DNA from: Vitrella brassicaformis CCMP3155
Taxonomy: Eukaryota > Protista > Chromerida
Length of the DNA stretch: 64,000 nt
Direction of reading: 5' to 3'
NCBI GenBank assembly: GCA_001179505.1
Contig: CDMY01000840.1
Location: forward strand, 124,001-188,000
Shown: in pieces, positions 35,075 to 47,450 of the stretch
Layout of the letters: each line of letters starts with the position of its first letter
Position numbering within the stretch: the first letter of the stretch is position 1
Made by a program: the position numbers and the translations under genes
The notes under the pieces: model-generated
Told to the model about the DNA's origin: nothing
Database searches by the model: none
The model's input: the letters and a program-made list of their open reading frames with translations, nothing else

Positions 35075-37528
35075 TCAGTATTGCCTGCCTCTTCCCCTGT
35101 CCATGCCCATGCCCATGCCCCTGTGCGGCTCTCCCCCTCTCCACCCATTGTTATACCGCCGATCGTCCTGCCACCCGCCGCCACCCCCACCTCTCCCCCT
35201 GCCCCAATCACCCCTCCCTCTATCACCCCCTCTGTCGCGGCCGCCACGCCACCCCCCGCGCCCTCGACCGCCTCGCCCCCGCTGGCCCTCGCCCCTCTCG
35301 CGCATCTCCTGCACCTGCAGATGCACAGGTGTGTGTTTGTGTGTGGGTGTCAGCGGCTTGCACTGTTGAGGTGCCCCTACCCTGTTCATGACGAGGTTGA
35401 GAGCGAGGCCCTGTTTGTTGGCGAGGTAGTCGTTGGCGGACCGCAGTGACTTGACGAAGGCGGTGCTGCCGGTGAGGACGGACAGGGGCACAGCGGAGAG
35501 GGGGGAGCTGTCGTCGGGGATCGAACCATCGTGCCAGCGACGGTGCAGCTGCTCACACAACACACACATGCGAGAGAGAAGGATGGAGAATGGCTAGCGT
35601 CTACTCTGTGTGTGTGTGTGTGTGTTGTCTGTCTTACCGTGCTCATCGACTGCATCAGGAGGTCAAACTGCGGCCCGTGACGGCCCTTGAAGAACTTGGC
35701 CACCAAGTAGCGCTCTGAATGAGTCAACCGACACATGCCGTGCGCATCGCAATGGCCTCATCCATCCAACAACCATTGCACCTGAGTTGACGATTCGCGA
35801 GCGGCGTGGCTTGACCAGGTACACCTCGCGGAAGCAGTGGCAGCACGCGTAGATCACACTCGCCTGCCAATGCAAGCAAACAGACAAAGAAACAACACCT
35901 GTGTGTGGCTGTGCTGTCTTCGGTGCATGTGACCCATTGCAATGCCCGCGCACCAACCGTCATGTCCGAGAAGCTGTCGAAGAGTTTGCAGACGAGGTGG
36001 CCGTCGGGGCGGAGAACCATGAACGACATCAGAATCTGACACACCACACATACGAGCACGCAATCGGTGAGGTGATCTGCCAATGTGATGTGTGCATGGG
36101 TCGCCGCCGCCACACCTCAGCGAGAACGATCCTGCTCGAGAACAACTCCTGGTAGTTTTCCAGGTGCTCCCCCGTCTCAGCGTCCTTACCTGACGCACAG
36201 AACACACCATCCATCCACCACTCCCTCTCCCCCTCTCTCTGGCCCCCCTCCCCTCCTTCACCCACCTACCGATTTTGAACCCGCCGTCGGCCACAGCCAG
36301 GTGCACCCCCTCGTCGAAGCGGGCATCGGTCTTGCCATAGATGCCCTTGAAGATCTGCTGCACGGCGTGTGTGAGGTTTGCAGGGGGGTAGACGTTGCCG
36401 GTGCTGTCCTCGCCCCACAGGGCCGTCCACCGAGGGTCGTCCAGCAGGTGCGGGTACCAGTCGCACTGACGCTCGCTGCTCGCATCCTAACACAGGCACA
36501 CCAAAGAGAGAGAGAGGGAGTGAGGGAGAGAGGGAGAGAGGCTGGCACGTGTTTTGGTGTGGTGTGTTGGTTGTCCCTCCCTCACTTTGAGTGTCATGCC
36601 CCATCCCTTCATCCGCAGCTGGAACTCCTTGGCCAGCTCAAACAGGAACTCAGACCAGCTACCGGGCCCGCCACATATGTCCGCGAAGTACACATCAGCA
36701 GCAGCAGCAGCGTCTGCCTGGTCGTCGCCTGATGATGCCGTAGTAGTAGTAGTAGTAGTAGTTGGTGCACCCTGGCCGCTCTCCAGCTTGCGGCGCTTTG
36801 TGTCTGGCCCTTCACCTGGATCGCCGACGGGCTCCGCACCCTCTGGCCGGCAGTCGAGGATGCCGCCAACGGCCTCGCACACCTGACAGAAGGCACACAG
36901 GGCGGGGGGATGGCCGTTGTGTGTGTGGCGTGGTGCGTGTGCGGTGGATGGTCACCTCCTGCAGCTTGTCGCCGGCTCGGTTCCGGAATTTCTCCGAGCC
37001 ATGGCGGTCCTGCAGACACACACACAACAGACGACAGACAGACAGGCGGCAGATGCTGCGCAGCTCCCGCTGAGTGTGAGTCTGTATCACCACGCACCTG
37101 TGGGAAGATTTCCTCCCTCGCACGGCTGTAGAGTTTGCCCTGTTCGGCGTCGAAAACCTCATCCATTCGCGACTTCTGCTGCCACAGCTTGTCGACCAGG
37201 TCGGAGTTGACCCACGCCGTGTGGCGCATGCGGTCAGGCCGCTGCACCCTGCACACGCACACAGCCCATCACATCTCACATCAACCACAGCATCACACAC
37301 ACACACGTTGTGGCGCCTTTCTGCTGTGCCTGCATGCCTGTCGAACGGTGCGAGGTCGTCCATCGACCACTCCTGAAGTGGCTGGTCATCTGCAGACGGC
37401 AGCAGACACACACATGCATCTTGTGCGTCCCATCGCCCTGTCGAGTGCATTGGGTGCATTCCACCTATTTTGATGGGAAAACATTCCGTGATCTCGCGGA
37501 TCTCATCTGAACTCTCTGCTCCAGCCAT
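35075..37528 (-). CDS. CMTR1: Cap-specific mRNA 2'-O-methyltransferase 1 (FtsJ/RrmJ fold) with RGG tail
   Basis: AREEIFPQ, FRNRAGDKLQE, YFADICGGPGSWSE, GWGMTL, VADGGF, ENYQE, GHLVCKLFD, VKPRRSRIVNSERYLV: the K-D-K-E tetrad is complete. About 12 exons. Confidence 0.9.
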
Positions 37529-37699
37529 TTTCGGCCCTTCCCTGCGAGCTCAGCATCGTTGGCATTTGCGAGCTTAGAACGGGCGAAACCAAGGGTGCTG
37601 GATCTCTGGATGTAGTCTGGATGCGTGTGGATGCGTTTCCTCGGCGAACCACACATCACCAGTCTGACATCTCTGACTCTCTTGATCATCATCGCGACA

Positions 37700-39348
37700 A
37701 TGGATTCAACGCATGAATCACCGGCCGCCTCGCCCTCGTCAGGCTCCCTCCGCAGGCCCTCCCACTCCCACCGAGGCGACAAGGTCATCTTCTGCTGCCC
37801 CGAGTTCGACGAACTGGCCAGGGAGCTGTGCGCCATGGACAAGCAGTTCCTGCAGGGGAAGATCACTTGGGGGGTGAGCGATGGGATGACAGGAGGGATG
37901 GCACCATGCCAATGGGTGAGGTGCGTTGTGTTGTGTGTGGTTGTCATGTCAGTCGTTCGAGGACGGTTTTCCAAACATCAATATCCACGACTGGGCGAAC
38001 CATCTGCGTGGCAAGCACGTGGTTTTCCTCGCCTCGTTCATGCTGGAGCACAGCGAGACAGCCATATTCGACCAGGTATGCAGTGCAGTGCACGCGCGTG
38101 TGGCACTTTTTCATCTGCCTGTGTTTATGCAGTTGTCAGTGATGTATTCGATTCCCAAGTATCTGACCAAGTCGCTGACCATCCTCCTGCCGTACTTCCC
38201 AACAGGTCAGACGCGTACACACGCCCCACACGCACGAGTGCATCGTCCGTCACGTGTGTCTGTCTGTCAGGCACAATGGAGAGGTGGGAGGGCATGTGTG
38301 TGTGTGTGTGGCTGGGCAATGCCCTGCGGATATATCGATGCTCTCTCTCTCTTTCTTCTGTCTGTCTGTCTGTGTGTGTGTGTGTGTAGGATAGAGCAGG
38401 AGGGTCAGATTGCGACGGCCAAGACGCTCGCACAGATCCTCTCAGCCACGCCCGAGTGCCATGGAACAGGTAGCAGATAGACACAGCAGGGATGCACGCA
38501 CCCGGTGTGTGTGTTCAGGGCCTGCTCAGATCGTCATGTTTGACATCCACGCCCTGCAGGAGCGCTTCTACTTCTCCGACAACATCATCCCAGTGCTCCT
38601 CACAGGTGATGATTAGACCCAACACCACAACAAACACCCACTATCTGTCAACTCCTTTGTCGCGTATGTATGCAGCCATCCCCCTGTTCCTCGACGCCAT
38701 TCGACACGAAAAAGGTAAAATGGAAATGCACCCTCAAAGACGCCTCGGGCACACAACACATCTCGCTGTCTGGCTGTCTATCCTGAGAGCAGATGTGGCC
38801 ATAGCCTTCCCGGACGAGGGCGCGCGCAAGCGGTTCGGCCGCATGTTTGACGGCAAGTACCCTTTGATAGTGTGCAGCAAGGTGCGGCAGGGCGACAAGG
38901 GGCGGGTGGTGCGGATCGCTGAGGGGGAGGCCAGGGGCATGAAGGTCTTCATCGTTGACGACCTTGTCAAGACGGGCGGGACGCTGCTCCAGTGCAAGAA
39001 GGCCCTTCTCGAGGCGGGGGCCGCGTCAGTGAGTGCATTCGTCACACACGGGGTGTTCCCACAGGTACGTCACGTCAGACACTCACTCAGCCACAACACC
39101 CACACCACATCACACCTCGGTCTCTTGTGTCACAGGAGTCATGGAAGCGCTTTGTGCCGTCGAGTGAAGGGGGCGACGAGGGTGAGGGTCATGCCGATCA
39201 GGGCTTCAAGGTCTTCTACGTCACCAACAGCTGCCCCCAGATGGCCCGCATCCTCTCATCGAAACGGCCCTTCCGTGTGCTGTCCCTGGCGCCTGCACTG
39301 TACGATTTCCTGAGATCCGAGGAGAGCACCAAGCACTTCGGCGGTTGA
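37700..39348 (+). CDS. PRS: Ribose-phosphate pyrophosphokinase, class II (plant PRS3/PRS4 type)
   Basis: [87 protein letters not shown] and FVTHGVFP are class II PRS signatures. Confidence 0.93.
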
Positions 39349-40226
39349 TCTGATCTGACGTGCAGACGGGATTTACTCGTGTGGTGTGGTTGCTGGGACA
39401 ATGGGTGGGGAAAGAGGGTGGTTTGTGTGGTGTGCATATAATATATTTGGTGGACGGGAGGGAGGGAGACTAGGGAGGGGAGGGGGGAAGTACGGCAGGG
39501 GGGCTGGGCTGGGCTGTGTAGATAGATAGCAAATCCATAAATATTGTTATCGGCATAGCTAGGCGAGTAGGGAGAGAGTGTTAGACAGACCATGGAAGAA
39601 TGAGATGAGTGTGTGTGGTTTTCTTTTTGGTATTCACTGATTGCAATGGACGATTTGAGGACTGACTTGACGCGCTGAATTCTTTCTTTTTGCCATATAA
39701 AGCATGGTGGATCGGCGCCTACACACACTCTGACAGTGACACAGTCACACTCATACACAAACGCACATACATACAAAAATATCGTCTGTCTGTCTGTTCC
39801 GCCCCTGAGCCATCTCGGCTACAATCGCATCACACACACCTGCACAGCACAGAAGCACACACGGCCTGCTGTCAATTCGCCCAAGTGACATACGAGAAGC
39901 ACCACTGAATATGTACACTCACTCACCCACTCGACAGCAGCAACAAATAGCCTCACCTCTTCCCCAACCCTCCCAGCGGCATACAATACAATACACTGCA
40001 CTACACACCACATCAGGTTAGGTACACGCGAAAATTTCCTTCCATCCCCCCTCCCCCCTTACTCGATTCGCACGGGCACGCCAATCAACAAACACACACC
40101 GCATTTCGTGAAAGCCAGCCAGCCAGCCAGCCAGCCAGCCAAGCAAACAACCAGCATGGAAAGACTTATTTGCCTTCCTTTGTCCACGCATCCCCTCCTC
40201 TGCCCTGCCCTGCCTTCCGCCCCCTT

Positions 40227-40917
40227 TCACGCCCCATCCCCCTCGTAGATCTCCAAGCCACCGTCGTCCCCCTCTGTCACTTGTTCGTCAGGTGCCTCGG
40301 TCACTTCTTCGGATGAGCCGTCAGGCGGCTTGGTTGCGGACGTCCAAGGGGGCTGGTCGGCGGCGCTGCTGGTCGGATGCTCCTCCCGCCAGCTGCGCCG
40401 CCAGTCTCTGTCGTCGTCGGGGAACAGAGGGGGGAAAGAGCCGCTCTTCGACACTGCATCGGGTGAGAAAGGCAGTGAGTGACGGATGGCAATGTACGTG
40501 TCTAGCGGCCACTGTGTGTCTGTGTGTAGAGTTGACTAACTAACCGCATCTATGGGTCTTCATATCGCATGTGCAGGTGATGGGGCAGCCACCCGCACAG
40601 TTTCTGCCGCAAACGCCCCTCTCGTCCCGCGCTCTCTCCTCATCACAGTACTCGCACTCCATCTCAGACAGGCACTTCTCCCTCACCACGCACACCGACA
40701 TTGGCATCAGTGAAGTCTTGCAGACGACCGTGCCGGCCTCGCACCCACAGGCGGCCTCGGACGGGACGCAGCCTTCGTAGGTCGCGTTCCTTGCTTGCTG
40801 TGGGAGAAAAAGGCCTGGAGGAGCGCGCCTTCTCTCCTGTGCGATGGAGGTGGGGGGCATGACCACGATAACCATGATGACGAGGGTCGCTGCAACAGCC
40901 CAAAAGACGTCCAACAT
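40227..40917 (-). CDS. Small secreted cysteine-rich protein with acidic Pro/Thr tail
   Basis: MLDVFWAVAATLVIMVIVVMPPTSIA (signal peptide), a 13-Cys region CVPSEAACGCEAGTVVC...CGRNCAGGCPITCTCDMKTHRC, one intron, and exon 2 VSKSGSFPP...YEGDGA*. Confidence 0.7.
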
Positions 40918-40977
40918 CTCAAAAAGGGCCCTATTTGGTACACAACGGCGACTGTAAATTCTTTCTGCGGAATCCCA

Positions 40978-42240
40978 ATGAGGGCCGCTGCGGCGCTTAC
41001 GGCCTGCTTCTTCTGTGTGGCGCTGGCCACAGCACAATCGCAGCCGAAGGGCAGCTGCCGAGAGGAGTCGGAGACCGCGTGTCAGTGCGAATCGGGCATC
41101 CTTTGTTCAGGCGTGAGCAGTGCCAGCTACTGCGCCAGTGACGCTGACCACAGCTGCGTCGCAGGCACGTGCTCCGTCTGCCCAGGTACTACGGCCGGCT
41201 GGCAAAAGAAGCTCATCTGCCGAACTGTGTTGTGTTGCCTCGTCCTTGTGTGTGGGTTGCAGTGTCTGCCAGTGCCCGCCTTCTCCCGCCCATCGACACC
41301 AACGCCGACAAAGAGCTGCTCGATTTTGATCCGACGGGCACTGAGGAGCCGCCACTAGTGGACGTGGTGACGCCTGACGCAATCGTGACAGAGCTGTGTG
41401 CAGAGCCGCCGTGCTCAGGACCGGGCCTGAGGTCGGCAGAGGAGGAGACGAAGAGAAGAGAAGGGGCCACGATGGGAGAGGAGGAGGAGGTGCCGGCGCA
41501 GGAGGAGCCGGACGCACCCCGGGCGTATTCGTGCGTGCCGGAGGGGGGCACCTGCCGGCACATGTCCGACTGCTGCAACCTCTCGTGCCACTTCTCACTC
41601 ACCCACGCACCCGGCAGCACGGCAGGGCTCAGATGCAGTGAGTGAGCACGAGGGCCGGAGGCAGAGGGGAGCAAGAGAGGCCATGGGCACACACATACAC
41701 AGACGGATGTTTTGCTGGGGCAATAAGTATGACATATGCCTTTGTCTGTGGTCAGTTGCGAAGGACGCCCGAGAAGCAATTACGCTGCCTCGTGCTGAAT
41801 TGCCCGATCTCCCCGACGGCGGACACGGCGGGCTGCCTGGAATTGGCTACTGGGAGAGGGGGCGCGGGCATGTGCTCCGCCGCCTGTTCAACGACGGTGT
41901 GTCAAGGCGCAGCCAGAAGAAAGTGGCGGGCAACTGTGAGCTGCCCCCCCAAGGCGACTGCAGGATGATTTCTGGCCTGGCCCCCGACTACCCGGCCGTT
42001 CCCGAGCCCGAGTGCCCTCTCGCCGTGGGATGCATCCGCCAGTACTGCTGCAAATACCGTGAGCAACGCAATACGGCCTGGGGGGGGTATTTGGTGAAAG
42101 CGAAACACTCACCATGTGTCTGTGGGGGTGTGGCAGAGACTGATGCAAGCGGGGAGTTTCGACTGATAGGCAAACGTGCCACGATGAAGGCGCCCGAGCC
42201 CCCTGCCGCACGAGTGACGGTTCACATCGCAAAGCCATGA
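40978..42240 (+). CDS. Secreted cysteine-rich protein with several Cys modules, including a knottin-like motif
   Basis: MRAAAALTACFFCVALATA (signal peptide), CREESETACQCESGILC...CSVCPG|, an acidic linker, CVPEGGTCRHMSDCCNLSC...LRC|, and CELPPQGDC...ECPLAVGCIRQYCCKY|. Joined by GT-AG introns; the 3' end is approximate. Confidence 0.65.
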
Positions 42241-42885
42241 CGATTGCAACAACAATGAGGCCATTTGGGTGGTGTCTTTTTCGCGGTGGGGTGTGGGAGG
42301 GAAACTATTTGGCTGATGATGTTGCTGATCCACCTGAACACCTGTGTGGGTGTGTGTGGCCTTGACGCAGTTCATGCTGTCAGTGCAGGCACGAGAGAGG
42401 GAGGGAGGGGCACAGTGTCCGCTGCGTGAGGCTTTTGGTGGTCTGTCTGGGTGTGTGGCTTACAGTGGGAGAGAGAGCGACAGAGAGAGGGAGCTGGCTA
42501 TTGCCACTTTTGCATCGATCGCACGGAGATGGACAAATGTGTGGATCATATATGGTATACAGCTAGCCGTTTCGGCATCCCACCCCATCCCTGGCTGCTT
42601 CGTCGCATGTTGCATGTGTGTGGTGTGTGGTGTTGCTGGGTACTGTGGCCGTGATATGTGTGCTTGTGCATATTACGCCTAGTCTATCTGATGCTGCCGT
42701 TGTGTTTCTGCGTGTAGAGGCCTTAGCCGTGCTTGCGTGAGTGTCTGTCACTGCCGATGGGGCTTGGGGAAGGCGCACAAGGCGCGGCCTCAAACATTTA
42801 CGACGGCGTAAACGGAATGCCTTAGCGCCAGTACCTTCCCAACCATGGATTAAGCCTCGGTTCTTCTCTGTAACTGACGTGAGCG

Positions 42886-45800
42886 ATGTCGCAGCCCCCG
42901 CAGCGTCCGCTCGCCCCCCGCCCTGTCGCCACGACACCTCACGGGATGGCGGGCGGTGCTGGCGATGGCGCATCGGCGCAGAGGCCGCCTTCTGCGTACC
43001 CTCAGCTGACGCCGACTAGTGGTGAGCGAAAGCGACGGGGGAGGGGGCAGAGGAAGGGTGAAAACGGCCAGATCTGACGGTGCATTCGTCGTTTTGCGTT
43101 GTGGATGGTCAGGTTATGGACACCCTGGTGCGAACCTGCCCGCTGGGTTCGTCGCTGGTCGCCCTGCGGCTGCCAACCTGCAGCCATACCGTACGCACGA
43201 AAAAAGGAAGGCGCGGCGCTCTGCACAACACGGGAAAACATCTTTCCCTGTTTGTTGTGGTGTTGTGTTGCTGTGTGCAGGTCGTGCATATCCTCAGTCG
43301 CAAGATCTGTCGGGCATGGCGCCGCACAGTGCTCAGAACCTCACGATGCCCGCTCCCCCTCGCACGCCACAGCCCACCAAGACGGGCCCGCCGCCCCCAC
43401 AGCTCACCGCCACGGGCTCCCACTCGACGCTCCCGCGCAACCCCGTGCCCAACATGATCCAGTACACCAACACCGCAGCCACCGCACAGAGGCCCCTATA
43501 CCTCCCCGACGCACACGCATCCTACGACCCCAAACCCAAGCAGAGGCCCTTCCACCCCCAACAGCAGCAGCATCAGCAGCAGCGCGTGGGGTTCTTCCAG
43601 GCGCCGTGGCTGGCCATGAAGAGGGGCCTGGGGTTAGGCGGCGGGCCGGGCACACAGGGGCAGGGCGAGACCACCCCAGTGCCCTTCATGCTGCCGTGGG
43701 TCGGGGGCGGGGGCGGCCATCCGGTGCGGCCGCCACAGCACCAGTACCAGCAGCTGATGCATCAGAACCAGCAGGTGACCGGCCGTGGGACGCTCCCGGC
43801 CATGATGCCGCAGCAACTGCAGAAGAAACAAGGGGGCGGAGGGATAGCGATGCCGGGCACCATGGGCATGGGAGTAGGTGGTGGGATGGGTATGGGTATG
43901 GGTGGTGGGATTGGGCCGGCGCGGAGCTACTTGCCGCCCCCTACGCACCCCCAGGGCCCGCCGGTGATGGTCAGGGACCAGCACCACGTGCTGCCGGCCG
44001 CGGGGGTCATCTACAGCAACCCGGCCCCCAACACCGTCGGCGCCATCATTCGTGAGGAGGGAAGCGAGCAGGACGACACCAACATGACCAACGGCGGCCT
44101 CGTCACGCCCCTGAGCAACCTCGTCGCCCACCAACAGCAGCAGCAGCAGCAGCAGGACGGGGGCAGCATCGACACCACGGGCGTCCCCAGCAAGCCGCCC
44201 CAGGGCGGCGCGCGCATCCCCCGCGACCACAGCACCATCCGGCATGAGATAGAGGCCTTCCAGATCAACCAGGACAGCCACACACAGGCGGTCCTCAAGA
44301 GCGAGGCCACGCGCGACATTCGCATCAAGAAGAAACAGCACCAGAAGGGCAAGACGCGCTCGGCGGGCATCTCACCTGAGCTGCAGGAGCACATGGGCAA
44401 GGTGATGCGGGGCGAGAAGGGGGCCAAGCCCGGTGTGGGTGTGGGTGTGGGTGAGGGAGAGGAGGGCATAGAGGAGGAGGAGGGGGACAAACAGGGTGGG
44501 GGGAAGGGTAGCCTTAGCTCGGGTGTGGGTGTGTTGTTGCCGGAGCGGCCCACCCAGCCGCCCCCGCCCCTCTACGAGGAGGGGGAGGAGGACAACGACG
44601 ACGAGGACGAAGAGGACGATTACGAGGAGGACCAGAAAGACAACCGCCAATACAGACCCCCAATCGGTGAGTGAGGCACACAGAGAGAGGGGGGGGGAGA
44701 CCATCCATCCATCCATCCATGTGTCTGTGTGTGTGTGCGTGTGTGTGTGTGTGCTCAGGTCCGATGAAGGTGCCGTGTCTGCCCTTCCAGCGTGAGTTCG
44801 GGGCCAACCTCCGCGTGCCGGGGATGGGGGCGTCGTCCTCCTCGTCGTCGTCGCGTGGCCGTGGGTGGCGCAACCAGCCGCCCCTACCCAACATGGACCA
44901 GGTCGGTCTCAGTGGCACTGAGGGAGGGAGGGGAGAGGGGGAACATTGTGTATGGTGGTGTGTGGTGTGTGTGTGGTGTGTGGCTGGTCAGATGCGTTCC
45001 GAGAGCGAGTACTATCGCCAGCAGTTGTCGGAGAGGTCATGCNNNNNNNNNNNNNNNNNNNNNNNNNNNNNNNNNNNNNNNNNNNNNNNNNNNNNNNNNN
45101 NNNNNNNNNNNNNNNNNNNNNNNNNNNNNNNNNNNNNNNNNNNNNNNNNNNNNNNNNNNNNNNNNNNNNNNNNNNNNNNNNNNNNNNNNNNNNNNNNNNN
45201 NNNNNNNNNNNNNNNNNNNNNNNNNNNNNNNNNNNNNNNNNNNNNNNNNNNNNNNNNNNNNNNNNNNNNNNNNNNNNNNNNNNNNNNNNNNNNNNNNNNN
45301 NNNNNNNNNNNNNNNNNNNNNNNNNNNNNNNNNNNNNNNNNNCACCCACACCCACAGCCAACACACCACACCACAACCCCCCTCTGTCTCCCCCTCTCTC
45401 CCTCTCGTGTGCAGTGACCAGCAGGTGGCCATGCTGCAGGCCCAGCTCAAGCAGCTCAAGGCCCGACGTGGCCGTGGGGAGCATGACCTGGGCGACGAGC
45501 CGGCCCTGGAGACCAACCTCAACACGGACCTCGAGAAGGCCACTGAACAGCTCAACCAGTTCAGAGAGGAGTGCTTCAAGAAAGACCGGGTAGGTCAAAT
45601 CGTCGTAGAGAGGGAGAGAGAGAGACGGAGGGATGTGTGGTCTCTCTCTGTCTCTGTGTGTGTTTCTGTGTGATGAAAGGCCCTCGAGAAGAGCCGCCGC
45701 GACATCGATGAGCAGAGCAAGGTTGGGGGCATCCATCTATCCATCCATCCATCCATGTGTGTGTGTGTTTGCAGCGTTTGAAGCAGTTGGAGCTCCGCAA

Positions 45801-47450
45801 CGACCAGCTGATCCGCGAGAAACGATCACTCAAAGTACACACACACACACACACACACACAACACACCTACGCCTCCCTGCCCTCTTCATCTATCTGTGT
45901 GTGTTGTGTGTTGTGTGTGTGTGTATGTGTGTGTGTGTCAGACTGAGGCCGAGGAGGGCATGAAGGAGCACATGCTGGCAGAGTTCAAGGACAAGGGTGC
46001 GCAGATCCACCCCACCACACGAACACATACATGGACACACCACACACCTACGAGCTGCACCTCTCTCTCTACCCCTCTCTCTCTCTCCCCCCTGTGTGTG
46101 TGTGCGTGTGTGTCAGAGGATGCCTGGGCCGCCAAGGAGCGCCGTCTGCGCCACGAGATAGAAGAAGCCAAGAACCAGCACAAGACACTCACTCAACAGC
46201 TACACGAGAAAAGGTACCAAACCTTCCTCACCCACCCCCCATCCCCCCTCCCTCCCAACAAACCCCTCCCCTCTCTCCTACGTCATGGCTCAGCCTAGAG
46301 ACCGAGTATTTTCGTCGTGAGGTGGCGAAGCAGCAGCAGCTGCTGTCGACTGCCGGGCCCGAGGAGGAGCCCCCCAGCGACACGCCATACTTCGCCACAC
46401 CACTCGGCGACCCTCCCAGAGGCGGACGGCTTATGGCGGCTGCAGCGGCAGCTGCTGCCGCCGGTGGTGGTGGTGGCAGGGGTGTGGTGGGTATGGGCCA
46501 TATGGCTGGGCGGTTTGGCGAGTTGGAGCGGGGCATGATGCGCCTGCGGGAATGTCTGGAGTACACTAAGGTCCACCCCCCCCCCTCCCCAACACACACA
46601 CAACACACACACACATCAATCCTTCCATCCAACAGGAGCGTGAGGCTAGTGCAGTGCAGCTGGTCAAGGAGCAGGGCGGTGAGGGCGGTGAGGGCGGTGA
46701 GGGTGGTGAAGGTGAGGAGGGCGATAACGAGGAGGAGGACATTAGCGAGAAGGAGAGGGAGCTGCAGGAGGCGCTGAAGAAGTCCCAGCACGAGATGGCC
46801 GTGTGCCTCGCTGCACTCGCTTCCACCAAAGGTCAGACACACACACACACACAGAGAAAGAGAGAGAGACGGGAGGAAGGAAGGCGACACGAGAGAGACA
46901 CAGGCGACTGTGTGTGTGGCTGTCTGTCTGCCTGTGTGTTTGTTGCACTGACTGCAGAGGAGTGTGAGAGTCTGACTCTGATCGACCCTGCCCTGCTGAT
47001 CCAGCTGCAGAGCAGCATCGAACACACCATCGAGGAATTCACCAATACTGTGGTACATACGCCGGCCGCCCCACACACACACACCCTCCCTCCCTCCATC
47101 CGGATGCCTTGGCATGGTCCATGCAGACGCACGAGAACGTCTTGTCGATGGTGGAGGGTTTCGTAGCCAGCCTCAAGGACGTCCTCGCAAAGTCGCGCGC
47201 GGCCATGCAGGGCGGCGGCAGGGGCGGAGCACAGCTGGGCCAGACGGACAACGAGCAAGACCAAGACCTAGACGATGAGGAGCAGCCGAGTATGAGAGAC
47301 GCACACGGAGCAGAGGGGGATGTATGTGCTGTGTGTGTGTGTGTGTGTCTGTGTTGTGTTGTGTGTTTAGGTGCGGCCCCGGCGCCCCCTGCGGACAGCT
47401 CCCCCCAGCCGCCCGTGCCGCGGGGCAGCAACACACACAACCTATCGTAG
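42886..47450 (+). CDS. Hypothetical protein: Pro/Gln/Gly-rich N-terminus, coiled-coil C-terminal half
   Basis: MSQPPQRP...TSG|GYGHPG...QPY|RAYPQ splices in frame into the long ORF to 44674. Coiled-coil exons follow (DLEKATEQLNQFREEC, RLKQLELRNDQLIREK, ERELQEALKKSQHE). Spans the gap 45043-45342. Confidence 0.6.
45043..45342. other. Assembly gap (300 N)
   Basis: Run of N. Confidence 1.
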
